Shown here piece after piece: positions 55,355-64,000 of a stretch of DNA of 64,000 nucleotides. The DNA comes from Lepidodermella squamata. Lineage: Eukaryota > Animalia > Gastrotricha. The stretch lies in the NCBI GenBank assembly GCA_047495785.1, contig JBLDXI010000001.1, positions 3,534,001-3,598,000 of the forward strand. The letters are read 5' to 3'. Positions within the stretch are counted from its first letter, which is position 1. Each line of letters begins with the position of its first letter. The notes under the pieces are model-generated. The model saw only the letters and a program-made list of their open reading frames with translations, had not been told where the DNA came from and did not search any database. The position numbers and the translations under genes were made by a program.

Positions 55355-56332
55355 CGTATACCACACCACCTGTTGATCGCCTGACTCTTTGCATTAGCGT
55401 CCCAAAAATGATAAAATGCTAGGAAATTGTTATTTCACAGGCTGGTGACACCTGTGTTTGCTGAGGCGCCAGATTGTTACTAAAAATAGAGATCGTTAAA
55501 TTGGATAAAATTTATCGTTACTGAAATTTTGAGCTCGATGCAGATAAATAAGTAATTTAGATGGGGTCATTAAACCGATAAGTAATTAGTCATAAAACCG
55601 ATAAGTTGTAAATTTTATTATAGGTCGAATATTACTTTTATGGTTAAAAATGCATTTGGCAAGGTTAATTTCACACTGATTTGAGGGCCGTAAGGCCCAA
55701 ATTGACAGACGAGGTGAAACCGAGCTCTTTTCCGAGGCGTAGCCGAGGATTGTAAATACACGTCCGAGGCTAAGCCGAGGTTCTGCTTTTTTAGCTTTTG
55801 TTAAGTTTTAATTTTTATTCTGCATTTGGAATTTTGGAGTCTTATTTTGATTGATTATTTTGAATTTTCTTTAAGCGCAGCCTCTTGCCTATTTTTGGTT
55901 TTCCGGGAAAGCGTAGCCACCATTTGTTGCTTGGGTACCTTGAAATTGATGTTGCATCCACCAACAAATTTTGCAAAATGAAATGAAGAAACAAATTAGC
56001 TTCAAGATTCACGACGAGCATCAGGTGTTGTTTTTCAACCTGATGTTACCCAACAAACATAATTTTGGCCTCATTTGTTGGTAAATATTGCAACTCCACC
56101 TGATTTTCAGCAAACATTTTTAAATCGTGAAGCGATCAACATCTGGTGTTGTATACGAATTGTTATGCATCCTCGCTCTCCGCAATAGCCGCTCGTGCGC
56201 CGACTCGGCTACGCCTCGTCTTTTTGGGACTCGGCTGGCGCCTCTTCAGAATTTTATTGACTCGGCTGACGCCTCGTCAGATAAAATTCAGCACGAGCGG
56301 CTATCGCCGAGAGCTTGTATGATAACATACTC
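55355..56332. repeat. ~1-kb dispersed repeat, copy 2 (inverted relative to 36196-37211)
   Basis: 55355-55560 is nearly identical to rc(37010-37211), and 56120-56332 is highly similar to rc(36196-36410). The middle is clearly more diverged. Contains CCGAGGCGTAGCCGAGG hairpins. Confidence 0.85.
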
Positions 56333-57193
56333 ATATCCCCAAAACAAAGTAATAGAAAATAAAGGATATTGGTCCTCCTTTTACCGGAACCAAATTTGCC
56401 AGTGAGCAGAACCTAATTTTGGAATTTTCAACCAAAATAATTCTAAAAAAATCTCTAGTAAATTCAGCGTAACATTCTTGCGACGGAGTGTTCAATTCAC
56501 AACTCATGCTTCGTCTCGAATTCGTAAAATAATTCAAAGAGTGATTCTATTTTAACCAAGATTCAGCAAACTGCGAATTGGGTTCCGCTAAAAGATATTC
56601 TGAAAGGATTTTCCGTGAGCGGAAGGATATTCTCGACTTGTGGGAGAATAAGTTGAACCATTCTTCGCAGACTGAACCGTTTTCACATGATTTCGTCATT
56701 TCGAAGAATCCCGAAGCAGAAAGTCATGTTGAAAGTTCGAAATTGAACCGTCTATTATAGAAAACTTCAATGATTTCTTTTAGGAGCGTCATGACTGGGT
56801 CCATGTAAATGTTTCGAAAATCCCGGCATATTGCAACTACTATCTCATTTATTTCCTCGAAAAAATCAAAACGTGAAGCGATTTTTCTCTGTGCCAAGAG
56901 AATATTGCTCATTCAATTCATAGTTCCTCACATTACTGCAGTGGTTCAACTAGCGGCAAACACCAGAAAGGGCGTTATTCAAAACGGGGCGGCGATGAGT
57001 AACTTTCACTCTCTCACTCAAACAGTTGCAGCCGATCTGCAAGTTGCGAAAGACATAACCGATACATGATAATGATGATGAGATTACACTTATAATGAAC
57101 CAGTTCATATAATTTATAACATATTAATAATAATGTCAACCGCGGTCCAGGTAGTACATAATCTTCGCAATCGCAGTTGCCTTCGCCCTGCTC

Positions 57194-60100
57194 TCACGCG
57201 TTCGGCACGATCGAGTCGTCGCCTTCGAAGTGGAGGAGCCGCTGGCTGCTCGGCACAGACGACGACAGGAGCTGCTCTTCGAACTCGAACTGCGCCTCCT
57301 GGTGCTCGCCGGCCTTGTTCACGTTCCATTTCGCCGACATGCGAACAGACGGTGCGCGACGCTTGGATTTCGCATCGTTATCCTCGGCGCTATTACTCGC
57401 CTGCTGGTGCTGAGCTCGGCTTAGCAAAACCATGCCGGCACTCGATGCCTGCTGCTGCTGCTGGTTTGGTTTCGCGTTGTTATTGGCATTGTTGTGGCTG
57501 TGGTTGTTGTGGCTGTGGTTGTTGTTGCTGTTAGCCGGCATCAATAGTCGGCGAACTTGGTTCTGGGCGGTCGAACCGCTTGGCGCACTGCCAAAAGACA
57601 TGCCGCCAAATCCGGGAACATTGAGAGCTGAAATTGAATCAAGAGTCAACTCAACAGTTGAAAAGAAGCAAGACAAAATCATAATTCACAAACTATAGTT
57701 ATTCACCATTTTGTCGATTCGAAAAAAAATCGATTCGATGATACCAATTTTATCGATTTACAATTTCAATTGCCTAGTACACTCAAAAAGTGGATAGGTT
57801 TGCAACTTTCGTAGCGTCAGAATCTTCTGATATCGAAAAATCACTGATTTTATAATCGATATCCGCTTTGATTCAAAATAAATCTAAAATAATATATTTA
57901 AAATTCCGAAGGCGTGATAGGAAATGTAAAGACTATTATGACATTGGACAGTATTTCTACAGTTTTGAATTCGAATTTTTGATTTAAATTAGGAGGCTCC
58001 TGAAAGGGAATCGAAAATTTCCAAATACAACGTGTCCCATAAGTAACGCAGCAAAATATATACATGGAAAAGGGTTCAGTAGCTTGAAAATGAGAGACGA
58101 AGTCGCATCTCATGGCCGAAATTTTAGTAGAAAAAAAAGTAAAAAATCACGACAATATTAATCAAGTATGTCACTTGTTAATTGGATCAAAAAAAGACCG
58201 GAGAAATTTGGTCTAACCGGGTAAAATACCGAAAATTACCGAACCAGTTACCATCGGGGTTTTCTTCTATTTCTTCGGTTGAATTTCGGATAAAAGATTG
58301 AATATTCTCTCAGTAGGTAAATTTAATTAGATGAATTTCCTACAACATTTTTCCAAATTAAAAAATAGCCACGCGATTTCTGGGACGCGTTGTGCTACCA
58401 CTAATCAAAATTCTTTACCTGTGTTGCGAGGCGGTGCGACCTGCTCTTTGAGAAGAAGCCCAGCCAATGCCATGAGAGAACGGCCAGACTGAGGCTGTTG
58501 TTGCTGCTGCTGCTGTTGCGGTTGCTCAACCGGTTTAGCGACGCTTTGTTGCAACAGACCTTCAATTCCAATACTACGCCACTGCTCGCCAGTCGTTTGC
58601 TGGCGAACTGGGCTCGCGACTCGATGCGACCTGCCAACAACCGGCGGCGGGGTAGCTGTGGCGCCGGCATGGGCGGACATGTGGCGATGCGTTGCGTGAT
58701 GCTGGTGAGGATTTCGGTGAGAAGGCGGCGTTGGCGGCGACATGGCGCCGCTGTTACGCGGGTTCCTGTTCTGGGCGCTCACCAACGGCATGTCGCCGAG
58801 GCGCTGATGAAACTGCGGCGTTAAGTACACGGATTTGTCGGACTGAGGACCGTCCATATAAGCGACATGGCCTTAAGAATAATATTCGTAAAACGATAGT
58901 TTTTTCCGGTTTCCTAAGCTTACTAATGAATCCGATGAGCTGGCTAACGTTGAACGCGTTGAAATCGCGGGGGCGAATCGGCTGATTGTGAACCCGCATG
59001 TAGGTCGAATAAAGATCTGGAAAATAAGAGAAAAATCGTTTCCAATTATAAGTTGGCATTAAAAGTTCATATGAGTCCGTATTTTCCGGGGCTTAAATGT
59101 CCAGATCATCAGGAATGAATTGTTTCATTCGAAATAACTGTCCTTGATTTTTCCCACTTCGGAATCATAGAAAAATTGATAGAATTAGGTTCGAACTCTT
59201 TTCCCTGACCCAAAATCCCGATCGGGAATCTTTCAATTTTTCAAGCTTAACCGAGCCTATCACTTCAAATCTATGGTAACTTGGATTGTCTGAGTCATCA
59301 CCGAATTTCTGTGTAATTTTAAATTTTAATATTTAATCCGAGAATATCTCGAAGGCTCCGATAAAGCTCAACAACGAAGTCCAAGCTAAAAGAGTCCCTC
59401 GGGTTAAACATTCAACGTACTTGTTAACAGAATGCCGCTGCCAGGGCCTTCACAGTTGGTTTGTTCTTGCTGTTGAAGGAGTACAGTTCGCAGATCCCGA
59501 GCAAATCGCTGCATAGGCTTGAGGGCAACAATCTACAAATTCAATATTAAAACTAATTTCCCAACTTAATTTTTGAGGTGAATTTCGTACCGAATCTGCG
59601 CCGAGTCCTGACATATCAACATAAGATTGAGCTTTTTTCGATAGGCAAAGGGCGAGCACGGACAATTCAGCTGGTTGTTGTTGGCCGCGAACCCGGGTCG
59701 CGCCAAAATGGGCCGAATAAAGCCGCTGGGCGACGTGAACAATCAACCCGGTCATCGAGCCAGCCGGGGTGCCAGCATTCGGGCCCGTCGACTCATTCTC
59801 GGCCGCTGACTGAGGCGACAACAGCTCGTAATGCCTCGGGGTCGCGCCATCAGCCGCCTTATCGCCATTGCTGTTCGCACCCTCGGCCAACGGGTGGCAC
59901 GGGACGTAACTGCCCGTTGAAATTGTCATAGTAGCCAACTCAGAGTCCATGAGTAGTAGCAGCAGCCGGTTGACAAGGGCCTGTTGCTCGGTGTCGTTCA
60001 GCAGGACTAGCTGCGGCTCGGGCGGGCCACGCCTCGTCACCTCAATCTTGGCAATATGGCCGAGGCGTTCGCAAAGCATGGCGTCTGTCGCCACGCCGAA

Positions 60101-63100
60101 GTCCTCGCGAACAATAGCGACGCCGGTTCGGTTTCGGACCTGTTCGATGACGTCAGCGACTCGGCACCGGCCGCCGAGTTGTCGCAGGGTGGTTTCGACA
60201 AAGCGGCTGTAGGCGACGAGGCGAAGGTCCTGCACGAGGCGGACGTAGGTGACGTTGGGCCGGGGCGGTGCGGGCTTTTCGAGCAGTTCGAACACGTCCG
60301 GGTACAACTTGGCCAATTCGGCGGCGTCGCTGAGGCCGGCGTCTGATAACTGGCACTCGCGGCCGAAATGTTGGCGCCATTCGTCGGCTAGTGAGTCGAG
60401 CGGGCAGCGGAAACGGTATTTTGTCGAGAGGAGGGCGAATAGTTGACGCTGCAAGCGGTCGCGATGATAACTGAATTTAACCGAAGTCAGCTCCTATAGA
60501 AAAATTCAAATTAACAAAAATTCAGATATAAAAAAAATTTATCACATAAATATTCAAAAAGATTAGGGATGATGGAAAAAATTTAAAATCAAAATTATTA
60601 AAAATTAAATAAAATTTAAATTTAAATTTAAAAAATAAAATTCGGTTCTATATATTCGAAAAATTTTCAAATTTCTTTTTTTATCCGAATATTTTAAGAA
60701 TTTTCTTATCGCAGCAAGCAAATGGCTAAAAATAAAAAATGTCAAACCAGGTAGGCTCCATCGGGTGAGTTGAACAAGTGAAGGGGCGCTCGCAGCCCGC
60801 TGGTAACGAGATCTTCCGGGCAGCAGACGCCGTAGCGGCGCGGGTCGAAAACGCGGCCGAGGACACGCTCTGCCAAGAAAGCAGACAAGCATCATGATGA
60901 CAGCCTGATGGTATCATCGATTCAACTTACGGTAGGCTTGGCTCAACTGAAAATCAGCAAAAAAATTAATTCCTTGCTCGACAAAATGTCTCCTTATCAA
61001 CTTACATGGGCTAGGGCTAATCGGCCGTCGGCTTGCTCGCGTAGACTATGAAAATTTGACCCAAAAAACTGAAGAGTTTTCAAGAAAATAATGCTCACAT
61101 TCTAACAAGGGCTGAGGCGAACCGCGCTCGGTTGTACGAAGGTGTGTAAGTGACGGCGATTTGTTCGAATCCGATCAGTTGGAAAACACGACTCGCTGCC
61201 GATCGCGCATCGGCATTTGAATCACTCGGCCGAGGCGGGCAGCAGCTAAGCTAAAATGATACATATTTTTCAATTAATTAAAACCGATCTAGAATTTAAA
61301 ATTAAAAAAAATGCTGACCTCGCGAAGGACGTGGTTGCGGACGTTTCGCACCTGTTGACCATGATGATGACCACGTCCATGTCCAGGGTCGGCGGCCATA
61401 GCGCCGGCTAAACGCTGGCAGAGATCAACCTACATAAAAAGTAATCGAATTATTTAAAAAAATCCAGGAAAATTTTCCAACTACCAATGATATACAACAT
61501 CCGGGTTCCTGAGACAGGATTTCGTCGACATGAGACCAAAATTTGTCGAGAGGTCCAAAACTGGGCGCCTCAGCCGCTTGTTGCTCTTTATTAGGTGACT
61601 TTTCGGCATTATTCGCGCGATGGCGTAAAATCTTGGCCCGGTGGCTGCTGTGGCCCTGCCGCGCGTTCGGGGTGCCGCGGCACTCGGCGCAAACAACTTC
61701 AATATCGTCAAGGGCTGAGATCAATTGTTCGAGATGGCAACCTAGAAAAGGTTCAATTTTTCGAGCAAAATCTTCAAATTGCTTTGACGAACCAATCGCT
61801 GGCGCGAAGCGTAGCTGAAATCCAGACTCGACGGCTAAGCAAGCTGGAATCGACGCAAGCGGAAGAGCGTTATTGTGACTGCGGAATAAAAGATATGAAT
61901 CAGCATCCCAGTACAAATGGAATTTTCAATTTCCAACCTGTTGATAAGTCGGGTGAGCTGTGATCCTAAAGCTCGAAGGCCGACGCGGACAATCGGCAGT
62001 TCATCGTTTTCACTCGAAGCCAGAGCGCCAGAATTTGGTGGGCAGTGGCGTGGGCAGTGGGCCGATTGCTTCGTTCCATTTTGTTGCGAATTCGAGCCGT
62101 TTGAGCCGTTGTTATAAGACGACAACCGCTGAAAATTTCAAAACTTATGAAAAAAATGAAATATTTTAGCGAGAAAATACCTGGCGAGGCTGCTGGCGCC
62201 TTGCGGGTTGTTGGGACGCGTGGTTGCTCCGGTGGCGGCGTTGGTTGTTACGGTCTGGCGAGGCAGACGGTGAGCGGGACCCGGCGGAGGCCGAGCGTGA
62301 CGACACGCTGCCGGTCGATGGATCAGAAGAGCCAAAGGAGCCATCATTGCGACCGCGATTCGACTGCGAGTGGGACGTAGTCGACGAAACAAAGCTAGAG
62401 AAAAATCATTTTTGTAACCTAATAATCAAATGAAAATGAAAATCCTATATCTTCACGTCCAAAAGGCTAAACGATCTAGATTTCAGCGCTTTAGTCAGGA
62501 TTTCAAATTTCCTTTGAATTGGGCAGGTCAAATAATTTGCGATATTTCGACCCATTTCCCAGAGTCATTCTCAGGGTTTGGCCGAAATCAAGGTTACATT
62601 TTCTAAATTTCGAAAAATGAAAACTTGAAGTGCCACAGCGAAGCTGTCTAAAAAATGACAACTGAGACTGTCAGAGTTTTAAAAGCTTGACCTAATTCAA
62701 TGAACAAATTAAAAATCCCTAAGAAATAATTATTTTGTCTGGAAAATTTTAAAAATATTGACAAATTTTGAAAAATTGATTTATACCTGCTATTAGCAAC
62801 CTCGGTACTGCGCCGGCGTTCCGAGTGCTTTGAAGCAGCGCCGTTGTGGCGCGGGCCTTGCCGCGGATCGCCACGAGTTTCGTTGTAGCTGTTGCGGCGC
62901 CGTCGGCGGTCGGCCGGTTCGCTAACAATAATTTCCGCATGCGGTCGAACGCCGGAATTCGACCCGGTCGCCTGCTGGATGGTGGCGCTGCGGTTCAGGG
63001 TCCGAACCGCTCGTCGCGCTTCACTGCCGCTGTGCAGCGTTATTTCAGCCTCAAGCAGGCGCGAACGCAGGCTCATAACCACATCAGCATGTTGCTGAAA

Positions 63101-63492
63101 CGATCGACAAAATTGCCGAAAAAATTATAATAAAATCACAATAATATTACCAGGTAAATTTCAGCCTGTTGAGCCAGGGTGTCTACAATATTTCGGCGCC
63201 ATAGTGATTCACTCAGCCCTAAATCAAGGTTGGTAACTCGGACGACGTAACGAGGCGTTTGATCGCCGAAGCCGCTTGGAGTCTCGGTTGGCAGAGGCGT
63301 TTTCGCCGCACCAGGCTGGAAAGCCGTAGCTAAAATTGAAGTCGGCAGTAACGACGGCGGCAATGCTGTTGCCGGGCCGTGGTTTTCAAACCGGCGGCCG
63401 TTATCAAATCTTCGATTGTTGTGATTATTATTGTTATTATTGCCTTGGCTATGATGATGGCGCTGGTCGCGGTGTTGCATGTGCGAAGCCAT
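57194..63492 (-). CDS. MARF1: MARF1/Limkain-b1-like RRM plus multiple LOTUS (OST-HTH) domain protein, multi-exon (internal boundaries only partly resolved)
   Basis: RRM2-like YVVRVTNLDLGLS....RRNIVDTL / AEITLHSGSEARRAVRTLNR. LOTUS-like repeats SHNNALPLASIPAC...LEQLIS, ILSQEPGCCISL, EWRQHFGRECQLSDAGLSD.AEL, YMRVHNQPIRPRDF. C-terminal VRMSAKW resembles MARF1 RVKLAANF. Confidence 0.72.
58028..58392. mobile_element. Mariner-like MITE in a MARF1 intron
   Basis: TA|CAACGTGTCCCA ... TGGGACGCGTTG termini; interior homologous to 46875-47200. Confidence 0.65.
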
Positions 63493-64000
63493 CAAGAGAT
63501 CGAGTGGGAGAGAGAAATTAGGTATTTAAATAATTTTTAATTCGCCTCTAGTGCTAGAATTGGTTTTATGGGCGTGTTTTATTAAGGCGTGTCAAATAAA
63601 AATGTTGAATGAATGAAGGCGCGTTTTTTATTTGTTGCTCAGCCGCGCGTGGAAACAGGCCTTGCGCCCAGATTGTGCGCTGATTATCCGTCAGTCAATG
63701 TGGGTGCGCTCGTGTCGCCGTCCACCAGCACAATGGCTCGCGTGTGTTTGTGCTGATGGAAACATGTTGCGCAATAAGTTTTATTTTCAATTTTTCAAAC
63801 TAATTCAACCCATTTCAAGTCCTTGCTAACACGAATTTCAGGACAAAAAATTAAGCCGGGAACCCGAGAGCCAGCTTAATGGAACAATAAGTTTTTGCGG
63901 ACAAAATAGTCAGTCTGAGCGCGAATTACAGATACTTGTCGAAATGTTGATTTCGTAAATTTACTCAATATTATGGTAAAAAATGGAAATTTTATACTGC

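Noticed and set aside
56400-57070. Short ORFs between repeat copy 2 and the MARF1 stop codon
   Set aside because: No recognisable motif; likely 3' UTR or a decayed element.

Overview
Eukaryotic (metazoan, probably invertebrate) genomic DNA with spliceosomal GT-AG introns; no prokaryotic features, CRISPR arrays or RNA genes were recognised. Left to right: the 5' end of an SNX29-like RUN-domain gene and an intronless CIR1 (both minus, ~150 bp apart); a divergent Shaw/Kv3-like potassium channel (+); a complete 9-exon Fat1/Fat-like protocadherin of ~4,956 aa (minus, 4819-23282); ~13 kb of upstream non-coding DNA carrying MITEs and an inverted ~1 kb copy of part of Fat exon 2 that is still open and differs mostly at synonymous sites; a tandem pair of intact ABCB1/P-glycoprotein genes (+) separated by a transposon-rich spacer and bracketed by two inverted copies of a ~1 kb repeat; and a MARF1-like RRM/LOTUS gene (minus) that appears to lack the NYN nuclease domain. 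Exon boundaries were read by eye; family assignments come from recalled motifs, not database searches.
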